From Sarea resinae (Eukaryota), in the NCBI GenBank assembly GCA_026026165.1, contig JAPEUD010000005.1, forward strand, positions 62,001-126,000: 64,000 bases of DNA, given 5' to 3'. Position 1 is the first letter of the stretch. Every line of letters begins with the position of its first letter. Positions 37,015-49,405 of the stretch are shown piece by piece. The notes under the pieces are model-generated. The model was not told the origin of the DNA, ran no database searches, and saw only the letters and a program-made list of their open reading frames with translations. Position numbers and translations under genes: made by a program.

Positions 37015-37628
37015 ATGGCCATGCAGACGCCAAGTGCGCAGCGACCTTCTTCCTGTGCCTGGAGCCCAATGGAAGATGAAATACTGATGAGGGCCCGAGC
37101 CCAAGGGCTGAACTGGGCGCCAATACAACACACACATTTTCCTTCCAAAACCCCGAACGCCTGCCGAAAACGTCATGAAAGATTGATGGAGCGGAGAAAC
37201 GCCGAAGATTGGGACAGCATCAAGCTCGACACGATGGCGAAAGAATACATGATCCTGAGGAAGGAAATGTGGTCTATATTGGGCAACAAAGTCGGCGAGA
37301 AGTGGCAGATTGTCGAGAGCAAGGTAAGTCGTGTCTCGTATGTCTTGACAACAAAACACTAAGCATATCCTAGTGCCTAGAAAAGGGGTTAAAGAACCTT
37401 CAGTCGGCCGCACGTAACGCGCTGCGCAAAGAACGCTTGATGTCGGGTACGAGTACCGATGATAGCGGCATCGCAGACACAGATGATACTGAGATTGAAC
37501 CAGGTGGAGAGGACGAGCTTCGAGGGATGCGCAAGAGACCGAGCGAAGAAGCAGAATCAGAGCAGAAAAGGAGCAGGATAGACATGGTTGTTCCAAGCAT
37601 CGCCTCTATCCTCCAGACACCAGGATAG
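37015..37628 (+). CDS. Myb-like DNA-binding domain protein (2 exons; intron ~37324-37373)
   Basis: WSPMEDEILMRARAQGLNWAPIQHTHFPSKTPNACRKRHERLM (Myb/SANT repeat). VESK|GTAAGT...CTAG|CLEKGLKNL joins to the 37437-37628 frame. Confidence 0.88.
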
Positions 37629-37799
37629 CGGCGCATCGGCGCAAAGGAACTATTTTCATGATGATGATTGATGACTTGCATGGGCCGCGGTGGTTTTTTG
37701 ATTTGTATCTGTACGATAATGCTCTAATATTAAGGTATAATTGGTCGAATGCCGTGGTCACTATATGGAGTAGCAGAAGGGACTGAAGCCGAATGGTCT

Positions 37800-39321
37800 T
37801 CATCGAACGCGTTGCATCCAGTTTGATGCACCTAAGATGCCGCCATCCTCGGCGTCAGGGTCCATGGACCACTTCCGCAGTGCCCTACAGCCAAGATCGG
37901 ATTCCCAACCATTTGCAAACATTTCTATGCCGGTCCAGCCAATCATGGCAGCATTGTCTGTGCAGAACAAAGGTGGAGGGAAAGCCAGCTGGATATGCGG
38001 ATATCCTCTGACATCCAGAAACGAACGAAGGCTACTATCATCAACGTCCTGCGTCAGGTCTAGGATGAAAATTCGAGACTCACATCACTTTCAAGTATTG
38101 ATTGGAAGCAACCCCTCCGCTGACCACTAATGTGCGAATAGCACTTTCCGCTATTGGATCATCGCGCTTCATGTTGTTCAGTCCCATAACAACCCTTGAA
38201 GCAAGATGCTCGAATGAAACCCGCATAGCTTCCTTGGAAAGGTCTACTCTTTCCGGAAGAGTGACCTCGTGGTCGGCTTTTTGAACAAACCTCTCGGTAG
38301 CGCTCGCAAGCCCCGAGAAGCTAAATTCCATAGCTTTTGCCCTTGATCCTTTCTTCGTCTCTGCTAGAGGCGGACCATATGCCCAGCCCCACGAGGATGG
38401 TTTCCTAGCTAGTTCCTTCTCTCGAGTAACAGGAGCAGTGTAATTGTATTCACTTGACTCTCCAGGAAAGGCGAACCTTTCGATAAGAGGGCCGTACATA
38501 GTGTCTCTAGACTCTTCCAATAGTTTGTCGGGTAGAATTGTTCGTGCCATTTTGTCAATAGCTTCTCCGACAGCTATATCAGTGGTTGAGGCCAAGATCT
38601 TATGCTGGATCAGATCCTGCGAATGTACTAAAAGCGTGTGACCTCCAGAAACCAGTAATGAGAGGAAAGGAAATGCTGGTGCCACAGGATGCCTAGTTCT
38701 TTGGTCCAAAGCAGATACCAGCCTTGGAGTCAAGGCATGTGCCTGCATATGGTTGACTCCGACAAGTGGGACTTGCCACGCGACCGCCAGGCCCTTTGCC
38801 AGGTCAAGGCCTGCCGAAAGACTGGACCTCATGCCAGGACCTCGAGTTACCGAGATGAAGTCAGGCTTTTTGACATCAACCCCATTCGCAAGCATGGAAC
38901 CACTACCAGAGTCCATGTCCGTGTCCTCCTCACCGGACCTTTCGATGGTCGTAAGAGCTCCAGGGATGCCATGAGCCGCTCGAGGAAGACTTGCAATAGC
39001 TTTATTGACGAGCTTCGCAAGATTACCCTGATGTGAGTCGAGGGATGCTATGGGATGAATTCCCCGATATTGGCTATTGTCGGCAGTGATTTTCTCATGG
39101 AAATGTAATACAGCTGCTGCATCGTTCTTCTCTAGAATCGCAACTGAGGTATCGTCACTGAGAGTGTTAGCTTGAAAGCCCCAGCGAGGAAGGTGCGATC
39201 AGGGATTTTACCATGAGGTTTCGATAGCAAGCGTAATTAGGTTACGAGACTGGGTAGAAGAACACTTGGAAGATAGTAGACTCTTGCGAGCACTTCTTAA
39301 GAAATTCGAAGCAATCCGCAT
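37800..39321 (-). CDS. qri7: Mitochondrial tRNA N6-threonylcarbamoyltransferase (Kae1/TsaD family), 3 exons
   Basis: Basic, Ser-rich presequence MRIASNFLRSARKS; LAIETSC|DDT, VTRGPG, HMQAHALT, LLVSGGHT, VGEAIDK, FSFSG, VVSGGVASN, CTDNAAMIGW. Confidence 0.95.
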
Positions 39322-40204
39322 CCGTGAATTTCCACGATCTTCCGGAACTCTTGTTTGTCATCCCTGATAGATCAGCCTTCGACGCATGGAAGTTTTCGAG
39401 ATCTTGGAGATCTTCGCCTCGCGATGACAGTAGAGCTGGAAATCGCCGGTAAACTCCGTGACCATGACGGACCCTGTCGTAAATGCTCATAAGGGCAGAC
39501 GGGATGGGGATCATACGAATGCTTTGATTTTCTGCTCTTACACTAGGTCCTTGAATGTCTAGATTTTGGGGCTCTCAAAGGGACGGACTGTAAGCCTGTG
39601 GCTATTTTACACTCTTGGTCCGGAAGTCATATGAGGACAGTACTACTAGCTTCACTCCTTGACACCATCCACCTAGGTAGATAGAGGATGGACTAGAGTA
39701 AACAATTGATTGATTGATTGATTGCCAGAAAATTTGCTAACTGAATGTGCCCAAGTTAATACTAAGTGAACATAGCCAGTGGATCTTCGTGTTCAGTTCC
39801 TGTCAGCGAAGAATCCCATCCGATCTAATCTATCAGCAATCCATCAATCCAGCGACATCACCATCTCCCTCTCTCTCTCCTAAGATCAACCCCACAACCA
39901 CAACCTCTTCTTGTCCTCTTCTCCGCACACAAACCCGCTCCGCTCTTCTTCAAAGCAACTCTAGCACTCTCCCAGGCCTCAGATCCTGATCAACACCCAC
40001 AAACATGAAAATGAATCCCAAGCAAAGCACCGTCAAAGCTCCAAGTCCAATCCGAAACCAGTATCCTTCGTGTATCCGTCCCAAGTCGTAGTCATGATCC
40101 CGTAATCGCACATGTCCCATAGTCCGTATGTCGTCGTAAAAAACCAAGCCGGCTCCCAATATTTTAGCTGATTGGCGCATTCATCCTTTGCCATCAAATC
40201 AGGC

Positions 40205-40654
40205 TCAGGTTGCCCGACCCCATCGTCTCTCATCCCTTGAAGAACGCCGACACGACGGAGTCCCTTCACTATCTTCCCAGCTGATGGGCGTGATGCAATG
40301 CACAACAGGTTTCTCAACAAACTGGATGCCCTTCGACCTCGTATGTGTTCTGGCCGCAGAAGATGAATTTGCGACCTGATTTCTCTTCAATATGCCCTTA
40401 GTGTTTCCATGAAGGGTATACGCAAAGGTTGGTTGCTGAGCCGTGGATAGACCGCGTTGATTCGCGTGGGTGTTCTGGCATGTTGTGGGCGAGAGGGCGG
40501 ATGAAGGCGAGATAGGGGTGCGCGGGGATGGGATGGCAGACGTAGGAGTGAGCAGTGAGAGGGATGGACGAGTGGGAGCACTGGCGGTAGACGTGGCGGT
40601 GGAGATGGAGAGGGAGAGCTTGGGTCGGGCGGCGCGGGAAGTTGATGCGAGCAT
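40205..40654 (-). CDS. Conserved fungal hypothetical protein (149 aa)
   Basis: ATG-initiated; RPKLSLSI...PRTP...SPT...NT...KGILK...IQF.EKP.VHCITPI...ERRW pattern typical of a small fungal family; long leader with intron-like signals. Confidence 0.65.
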   Translation of the reverse strand: MLASTSRAARPKLSLSISTATSTASAPTRPSLSLLTPTSAIPSPRTPISPSSALSPTTCQNTHANQRGLSTAQQPTFAYTLHGNTKGILKRNQVANSSSAARTHTRSKGIQFVEKPVVHCITPISWEDSEGTPSCRRSSRDERRWGRAT

Positions 40655-41247
40655 TTTGTCGGCTTGTCTGGACTAGACCGAAGATTGCTGCTTGGGTGTC
40701 TTTGACTGAGAGGGACGCAACGATAATCTTGATGTGAACGTGCTGTCGGTAGACTGTCCTAGGCTCTCGAGGCGATTGAAATAAAGTGTGCACGCGGGAG
40801 AAGACAGTATGTAAATAAATAAGAATTAAGCGGCCGATATGACGTCCCTGGGACGGGATGCTGATGGCAGATGAAGCGCAACAGGCAGCAAAATACGGCG
40901 GCAAATTCGAATCGATTGGACCAGCCTAATCGATAACAGGTGAAGAATAGGGCAGAATGAGTTATGCAAATAGCAACCGGTGCTATTGGAGTGCAGAAGA
41001 CGAAACCAAAATAAAATCTTTCGCGCTGAATATCGGAAAAGGTTTAGAAGGGGGGGGCGCGCCACTCGTTCCTTTATAACCGCCCGTCTCCTCCAGCGTT
41101 TGCAAGAGACACAGGCGTTGAAGGTATGGGATAGCGAGTGGTGTGTACTATGTATGAGTGGTTCGAGGTGGTCAAAGGCGTTGTGAGGCTTGCTGGTTGA
41201 GTGGACGAATCAGGAGGGCAATGAGGGCTCTAAGCGCTGGACGGGGA

Positions 41248-41480
41248 TAGTTGTGCATTGGTGTGTGCACAAATGTGCCTGAGGTCTACAGCGGGGCGGG
41301 GCGGAACGGGAGGGATCAAAGGGTAAGTTTAGCGACACATGCTGTAGAAGTTCTTGGTCGAGCGTTGTGCATGAATTAGCAGCAGAAATGTGCCAATGGT
41401 GAACTCTGAAGACGCACGGCTAATGCATGGTGGCTCGCACGGGGCCAGAGTATGCATCTGAAAACATAAGGAGCGATAAG
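41248..41480 (+). repeat. Degenerate direct repeat, copy 1 (upstream of the APH-like gene)
   Basis: Shares GTGCATTGGTGTGTGCA, ATGTGCCTGAGGTCTACAGCG, CGTTGTGCAT, ACGGCTAATGCATGGTGGCTCGCACG and AGGAGCGATAAG with 43211-43358; carries ~70-bp and ~14-bp extra segments. Confidence 0.9.
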
Positions 41481-41527
41481 TGGCACGAATCGACCATGGA
41501 CGCTTCGTATGGAGTGTAGTAACCGTC

Positions 41528-42982
41528 ATGCCGCTGTGGTATTGCAATTGGAACGGTTGCAACGGCCCAGCAGATCGTCATGCTGGAGATTGTTTCATAT
41601 GCGATCGTCACCTCTGCTCTAAGCATCTCGGTCCAGATTTCCATCATTGCCCCGAATGGAAAGTAAGTCCATCGATCGAAGAGAGCAGGCATGCGGGAGA
41701 ATATCTAACAAGTCCTCAGGATTCTGAATCATAACTTCCAGCTCTAAAGGCAGCAAATGAAAAAGAATTAAGCCAGCTTTTCTCGAAGATCAATGTGCCG
41801 GCGTTGGCTGCTAGGGCCAGCTATCTTCGGAATGGCATGCCCTGTCACATCGCCCCTCTTCGCTACGACAGGTCTACTATCTACTCTATCATGGGCGGGA
41901 TGAACTATCACGTCGAGTTGAGATTTGACGATGGTATCTGCTGGATGGCTCGTATTCGAAGAAATCATGTCAAATTATCTCCGCCGATTGACCGGGATCA
42001 CGACATCAAGAGCGAGGTGGCTACGCTCCGCTTCCTTGAGAAGACGAAAATACCCGCCCCAAAAGTATTTGATTTTGCTCTTAAAGGCAAGGATAATCCA
42101 GTCGGGGTAGGCTACATTCTCATGGAAAAGATGCCGGGGCGAGCTGTAGACTGGTCAATGGCCTCCGCTGAGGGGAAAAGGAAATTAGTGCCTCAGCTCG
42201 CAAAGATTTTGATCGAACTGCAATCACATCCTTTAGAGTCTATGGGCTCTCTAGACCTGATTGACACCCTATCTCTAGGGGCCTTTACTCTAGAACCTAC
42301 GATCAGTCTGGAGGGTTCTAACATGCATCTCATTGGACCCTGTGGAACAGCAAGAGACTACTATGAACAATTTGTATGTCGGCAACTAGACTTCATCGTG
42401 GAAGGGGAAAGACTGACCGATCGGCCTGTCGACGCCTATCTGGTCTACCAATACCTGCTAGACTCTATTCCGGCGGTCTTCTCTTCTCCTTCAGATAACG
42501 GCCCATTCTATCTGAAGCATGCGGATGACAAAGGAGATCAAATCCTTGCAGACGACGAGTACAACATCACTGGGATCATTGATTGGCAATGGGCATATAC
42601 AACCTCCGCAAATTCCGCTTTCGTTTCGCCGCTTGCGTTAATCAGCCCTAATCATTTTTACACCGGCAGTCTCTCTCTGAGCGACGAAGAGGCCCTGCTT
42701 GCCCAGTCACTCGAGGACGAGGGTCAATCCCAGATGGCGTCTGCGGTCCGAATTGGGAGGACTCGTCAATTGTTCGATTATTGTTGCATAGGTGATCTTG
42801 CTGATTGGGAAGGGTTCATTGGTCTGTTCAAGGGGCTCCGTCAAGCTCTCAAGAGTGGCGAAGACCTGAGTTGGGATGAGTGGAAGAAGATAGCCTTGCA
42901 ACGCTATCAGAGAGACAGCCAATTGCAGCTCCTACTATCCCAGGAGCATTCCCGCGGTCAGTGTAGACCAAAGCAGGATTAG
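41528..42982 (+). pseudogene. Aminoglycoside/choline kinase-like (APH) phosphotransferase with N-terminal Cys/His zinc-finger-like exon; in-frame TAA at 41732-41734
   Basis: Exon 1 MPLWYCNWNGC...CFICDRHLCSKHL...HHCPEWK, intron 41663-41719, then DSES*LPA... in frame with ORF 41795-42982 (MGGMNYH, WMARIR, SEVATL, ILMEKMPG, LKHADDKGDQIL, GIIDWQWA). Confidence 0.7.
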
Positions 42983-43210
42983 ATATCAAGAATCGAGATG
43001 CCTAGAATCCAAGCTCATTTCCTCTGTGGTTACGATCCCACCTCGATATCTTGGATTTCCGCTACTGTTATATATAAGCATACTAAGATTTTGTCTGCGA
43101 TCGTAACGTTTGTCAAGAGTATTGAAGGACGATTAGCAGAAGACCACCCAGCGCACGCCCGCGCCCGATTGGCTGCTCGTTGGCAGAACGAAGTAGGATT
43201 TTGTACTTCG

Positions 43211-43358
43211 TAGTCGTGCATTGGTGTGTGCAAAGATGTGCCTGAGGTCTACAGCGCGTTGTGCATAAATTAGCAGCATAAATGTGCCAATGATAGGCCT
43301 CGAAGACACGGCTAATGCATGGTGGCTCGCACGAGGCCAGAGCATGAGGAGCGATAAG
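43211..43358 (+). repeat. Degenerate direct repeat, copy 2 (downstream of the APH-like gene)
   Basis: Colinear match to 41248-41480. Confidence 0.9.
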
Positions 43359-44428
43359 GGCTGATTATTGGATAAGATTGCCCCAAGGCGATGTGTCGCT
43401 GCCCTGTGATGGTGACTGTGATAGTGATAGTGATGGCGATAGTGATGGCGACAGTGAATGGCCGGCTGGTTATTGACCTGCAGCGAGTGGTGATCGCGAT
43501 AGACAGAAGCAGACGGGACGGCCGTTCATTTCGAGGCTCTGATAGACGGGTAGCTTATTTGAGCTTCAACCTCGTTCGCTGCTTCGAGAGGTGATCTAAT
43601 TAATCTCCAGACTCGGTTTATTCGCTTGCATAGATGGCTGAATCAAAGATGGCCTCTGCTCATCTGGGTACAATCTCATTATTGTCCCCACGTTTTGGAC
43701 CCCACCACCATTGCGGGATATCTGCGAATGGATCGCATGGATAATTGGCACAGGAGGCGATGTACCGCAGTGCCATAGTGCCGAGGTGACCGCTTGAACC
43801 TACCTTCAGGTAGATAGGTGTGCTTCGAACACTACTAGTATATAGGTACTTACGGGGTCCCAATTGAATTCAAGCACTTGAGCAAGACTGAGGAGGTTGC
43901 CTTCAGAATTGAAGACTTTGATGATATACTGAATCTGATAAAGGTCAATCGGCTTCATACTATTTCTCCATCGCCGACTAGCTAAACTAGTAATCACCGA
44001 GGAATCAGGATGCTAGGACGCATGTTGATTGAATTGCGGGGTCGCTTCGGGCCCTTTGAAAACGAATGCGACAAGGACTGCATGACGTCGATATTCAAGA
44101 TGCATCTGAGCCCAGGTGGCCATTACGATCACCATATTCCCAGACCCTCGCATATGGAGGGTCAGAGTGAGACGGCTGTTCCAGAAAAGACCGTGACCCA
44201 TCAAATCCGACCGCCGACCGTGCTCAGCAACATTTGAATTATCGTGAATAGCAGCAGACTATGACAGGCCGAGCTATACTAACCATAGACATCTTTCAGA
44301 GAGCTCTCTCGACGAATCCACCACCAAAAGCCTATAAGCGCTTGCATCGCCTTTGCCGGGGCCTTAAGCCGACCATAAGAGCATTTGTCATACTACGGCA
44401 GTAATTCGAGATACTCTAAAAGTTCAAT

Positions 44429-45190
44429 ATGTCGACCCAACTAAGCAAGGAAGAAGAGGCAAGATGGGAACGTGAACAATACGAAGCACGATACACAGCA
44501 CTAGATGATGGAGCTCCTCCGCCTTACGAAGAGCATGACGCCCAAGATCCCCACACCAATGCCCATGACAATCTCGATCTCAAGGAAGCTCTCGGACAAG
44601 AATCAAGACAAGAACCTAGCAGAGATGTCGGCACGACTTCCTCGCTGCCTCCTGGACCTCTTTCTCTTACACTGGACAGAGATTTAATCTATCCGAGCTC
44701 TCCGCCGTCCGTGGCTCTCTATCACATCCCTCGACTGCTCTCGTTTCGTGGCGATCGGGTGTTTCTCGAGAAATGCGTTCCTGCCCAGTTAAGAGAGAAC
44801 GGCACGAAAAGAAGACCCTATGATCAGCCTCTTTATGAATTTCAACGAGACGATATTACCTCAGGAAACTGTGTGGTTGTCAGCAAGGCTAAGACTACCT
44901 TTGGAGGCAGGGTGGGCCAGATGAAACGACGGGGCATTTTCGGGAACTGGGAGCTCAGCTATAAGAACCGCCTCACACTCAAATTCAAAAGCGGGAAATG
45001 GAGGGACAGTGAAGGTGAAGACATCGCTGTTGAAGAGTCTTGCACTACTCTGGTTGTCAAAGAGGGGATAAACGAGGATATGCGTGATTTGGTTGTGGCA
45101 GCTTGGTGTGCTAAGATCTGGCGGGCTGAGGTGAAGAAGGATGACCTTGCATTGACGCTGACGCGAGGAAAAGGTGGGTTTTGGGCATAA
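44429..45190 (+). CDS. Hypothetical protein with PPPY motif and tubby/LURP-like C-terminal half
   Basis: 253-aa ATG ORF; APPPYEE (PY motif); beta-rich region ending DLVVAAWCAKIW. The 3' end may be spliced. Confidence 0.7.
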   Translation: MSTQLSKEEEARWEREQYEARYTALDDGAPPPYEEHDAQDPHTNAHDNLDLKEALGQESRQEPSRDVGTTSSLPPGPLSLTLDRDLIYPSSPPSVALYHIPRLLSFRGDRVFLEKCVPAQLRENGTKRRPYDQPLYEFQRDDITSGNCVVVSKAKTTFGGRVGQMKRRGIFGNWELSYKNRLTLKFKSGKWRDSEGEDIAVEESCTTLVVKEGINEDMRDLVVAAWCAKIWRAEVKKDDLALTLTRGKGGFWA

Positions 45191-47053
45191 TCTCGCTCTT
45201 GCTGGTCGTAGATGGTTTTCTTTCAACCCTCGAACGCGTGCTTGAAGAGACACCGCTAAAGGGTCCTCATTCATAGGTTTCATGAAGACTGCTCATGGAG
45301 GACAAAATCCAAGTTTCGCGGCACGCTTCGCTGGCGCCTGATCGGATATTCAAGAGGCACGAGGACATGCAGACGCTGTCGGTAACAAGGAACAATGTCG
45401 ATTTAGCATTCGACCGGAGTGTAGAGTTCGGCTTGCAATCTTTGGGGTAATCGGGGTGATGCAGGCGGGCCATGTTGAATTAGCAATGGATGCTGCGTCT
45501 ACAGCGTATGCGCATCAAATTCGAACCAAGAACGACACACAAATACAAGCTCTTGATCTAATCAGCTATCGTTCCCCTCTTTCTCGCCCCCATCCTCCGC
45601 ATCCAATCTCTATTTCCAGTTTCACCAACATTGCTGACCCTGCCGCCGATCTTCTGTTGGGCACCCTGTCTGCGAGCCAGGCCAGGCGACCGATCGGAAA
45701 GGCGAATTGGGCTCGGCGGAAAGGGGACTGAAATGGGCATGCTCACGCGAAATGGGGAGTCGCAACCAGATCACATCGATATCACATTTGGGAGTACGAA
45801 GGGATCATGTAGCTTTCTTCGCTTACGCGCGTGAACAGAGACAGAGAGACGAGATATGTACGGATCTCAAGGTACCTCTCGATCTGAGGGCGGCTGTCCG
45901 AAATGCAGCTAGCGTCCACTATGCGATTCAAGGACTTTCCTCGTAGGGGAGATGATCGATGGGTGGACGGGGTGGACGGGGTGGATCATCCCGCTGACGG
46001 CTTGAGAGGACGGGAGGTCGCTGGCCCGTGGGACCTGTCGAGGACGACTGACACCGCCCCAGGCACGGCACACGCACACACACACACACACACCAAACAC
46101 ACTGGACGAGGCTGGACGAGACTCGACTCGAGACTGCAGGGTCGGGTACTTCGGTGGGAAAAAGGTAGGACCGGCTTGGGAAGAAGGCTGTGGTCGTCCA
46201 AGGTACTGCGAAGTCGACGGCAACGCATCGGGTGCCCGGGCTCTACCTCGATCGACTTCTCTCTACCGACCCATGGAACCGAGTAAGTTCCCCTGTAAAT
46301 TTCCCGCACGCTGGGTCTGTCACCGTCCGGCTCTCGCCCGTCCGATTGGTGCCTTTCCCTCTCGGCCCCTTGAAATTCCTTCCTCTCGTCTGTCGCCTCC
46401 AGGGCTGTTGCACTCCGGACCGACACACCCTGGCACCGTGTGTCGAGCAGAGGCCAAAAAAACACATACTCGACCGTCAAATTAAGGCCAAGACCACCTT
46501 CCTACCTCTGTCCGGTAAGGTAGGCAGGCAAGATTCGTAGCCACCATCCACCTTAGTCATTCTCCTGGACGCCGGCCTCGTTAGCCTGTAGATTCTTCTG
46601 CGCATGGATAGATGGATCGATGGATAGATGGATGGATAGATGGGGAACCGCGAGACTTTAGCCTGCCCGGTCACGCATCAATGTCATTCATGACTCTTTT
46701 TTAAATCCGTGCATCCATTTCTCACACCGGCGAAGACCGAACCATCGATGACCACTCTCGTCGCTCAAGGTATTGGAAGATCAAAAGACCAGACGGATCC
46801 CTTGGGGAGCTCCTCGACGACAGTTTGACTTCTCGTTTGCCTTGCCGCTCACTCACTTGCATCTTCGCACACCTTCTTTGTGCAGCTCCCGTGCTGAGGT
46901 CCTCGCGGGAAAACATCGGCGAGCGGCTGGAGCTTAACACGTCTTCGCCGTCTGACCAAGATTGCGCTTGCATCGTGCATGCGACGAATACACTCGTTAG
47001 AGAGTCTACTGTTTGCTTGATTGCGGGCGTTCAAGTGAGCAGAGGGGCCAGCC

Positions 47054-49405
47054 ATGGCTGCCATTCAACTCTCCGAAGGAGTCAAGGAGACTCTTCTCGG
47101 CAGCACCATCCAACCGCAGCTGTCACATCAGGCCAAGGCCACCTTTGAGCGTCATGCGCGAAAAGATGAAATAACCGGAGAAGCTTATATGGATGAAGAG
47201 GATTTTGTCGGAGCCATTGCCCCGGCCGATGAGGATTATGTGAGTCACTACCTTGCAAGCCTCTGAGCCACCAGGGTTCTTTTCCGATGGCAGATACTAA
47301 CGAGAATCGACGACAGCACAAGATAAAACGCGAGCAATACGGAATCTTATTTAGAGTGGCCGACCGGCGGCGCGCTGGCAGGGTCAATCTCCAAGACTGG
47401 AGCACCTTTGAGAACCTCTTAGCAAAACCGGATGCGGAATACGAGATTGCTTTCCGGCTGTTCGACGTCGAAGGCACTGGCTTGGTCAAATTCGAAGACT
47501 TTCAGAAGCTGTATCATTCAAATAAGGGAGACGGCACGGTGCCCTTTGACTGGAATTGCGAATGGGCGAGTCTCTACATTGGCGGCAAGAAGAAGCGACA
47601 CGCCATGACCTACCCGCAATTCTCGCAGATGCTGCGAGGTCTGCAGGGGGAAAAGATCCGTCAGGCCTTCCACCACTTTGACACAGATGGCGATGGATAC
47701 ATTGATCCAGAGGACTTTCAGCGCATTATCAGAGAAACGGCCAGTCATAAGTTGTCCGATTACCTCCTAGAGAACCTCCAGACCCTATGCAACGTCTCTG
47801 CGGGGAGTAAAATCTCCTACGCCAACGTTCGAGCATTCCAGAATGTGCTGCAGGAGATGGACATGGTGGATATGATCATCCGCAACGCCACGGCTAAGAG
47901 CAACGACGGAAAGATTACTCGTACCGATTTTCTCAATGAAGCCGCCCGCATCACTCGCTTTTCACTCTTCACTCCCATGGAGGCAGACATTCTATTTCAC
48001 TTTGCCGGTCTGGATGAGCCATCCGGTCGTCTGTCTCTGGGCGATTTTGCCAAAGTCGTTGATGCTTCTTGGAGAAATGCGTATGACTTCGGAGCTGAAG
48101 CGGTTGGTGTAGCTTCTACGAAGGCTTCACGGGCCGCTTCTACAGGCAGGAATATCCTACACAATGTCCTCGAGTCGGCACACCACTTTGCGCTCGGCAG
48201 CATCGCGGGTGCTTTCGGCGCTTTCATGGTGTACCCGATTGACCTTGTCAAGACTCGCATGCAGAATCAGCGGGCTCAGAGGGTGGGCGAGATGCTCTAT
48301 AAGAACTCGCTCGACTGCGCGAGGAAAGTCGTTCGAAACGAAGGTTTTCGAGGCCTTTACTCCGGCGTCCTGCCTCAGCTGATTGGCGTGGCCCCTGAAA
48401 AGGCCATCAAGCTCACGGTAAACGATCTCGTCCGCGAAAGGTTTACCGAGAAAGCGACGGGAAAGATATGGTTGCCATTCGAAATCCTTGCTGGCGGCTC
48501 GGCCGGTGCATGTCAAGTGGTTTGTCTTTCCTGCTCATATTATCTTGTCTCGACTAATTGTTTCAGATCTTCACCAACCCCCTCGAGATTGTCAAAATCC
48601 GACTCCAAGTCCAGGGCGAAGTCTCAAAACATCTAGAAGGCGTCCCCCGGCGATCGGCCATGTGGATTGTCAAAAACCTCGGTCTAGTCGGTCTCTACAA
48701 AGGCGCCACCGCCTGTCTCTTACGCGATGGTATGTCCCACCCCCCTCCTAATCTGTGATCTCCTCTGATATCTCGACAGTCCCCTTTTCAGCAATATACT
48801 TCCCAACATACTCGCATCTCAAACGCGACTACTTCAATGAGACCCCGACCCACTCCCTCTCCGTCCTCCAACTCCTCACCGCTGGTGCCATTGCAGGAAT
48901 GCCAGCCGCCTATCTTACCACGCCCTGCGATGTCCTCAAAACACGTCTCCAAGTCGAAGCCCGCAAGGGTGAGACCAAATATCACGATCTCCGTCACTGC
49001 GCCACCACCGTATTCCGGGAAGAGGGAATCCGCGCTTTCTTCAAGGGCGGTCCTGCTCGTATCATGCGCTCCAGTCCGCAGTTTGGGTTCACCCTTGCGG
49101 CGTATGAGGTGCTGCAGAAGATGTTGCCCATGCCTGGCAGCAGCGCAAACTCTGATTCCAGCAGTGCAGCGGAGCCATCGGGTGTGGTCGCATTGCATGA
49201 AGCCAGCGCACCATGGCCATTTCTTCGAAGCAGGAATGCGCTGAAGGTTATTTTGGATCTGGACCAGAATTTCGGTCGGATACCCCGGTTGTCATCTCCA
49301 CCGCCAACCATGCCAAAGGGTGGAGCCGGTGCGGGCACCAGTGGGAGTTGGCTACCTATCCCTGGCTTGGTGGGCAAGAGTGATGGGGGAAGTGCTACTG
49401 CTTGA
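47054..49405 (+). CDS. agc1: Mitochondrial aspartate-glutamate carrier (aralar/citrin), multi-exon
   Basis: EF-hand region ([14 protein letters not shown]) and three carrier signatures: [57 protein letters not shown]. Confidence 0.97.

Noticed and set aside
39950..40180. Hydrophobic small ORF downstream of the 40205-40654 gene
   Set aside because: Lies in a probable 3'UTR with no independent support.
43620..44240. Possible degraded gene after the second direct repeat
   Set aside because: Short protein-like fragments, but no identifiable family and no visible similarity to the APH gene.
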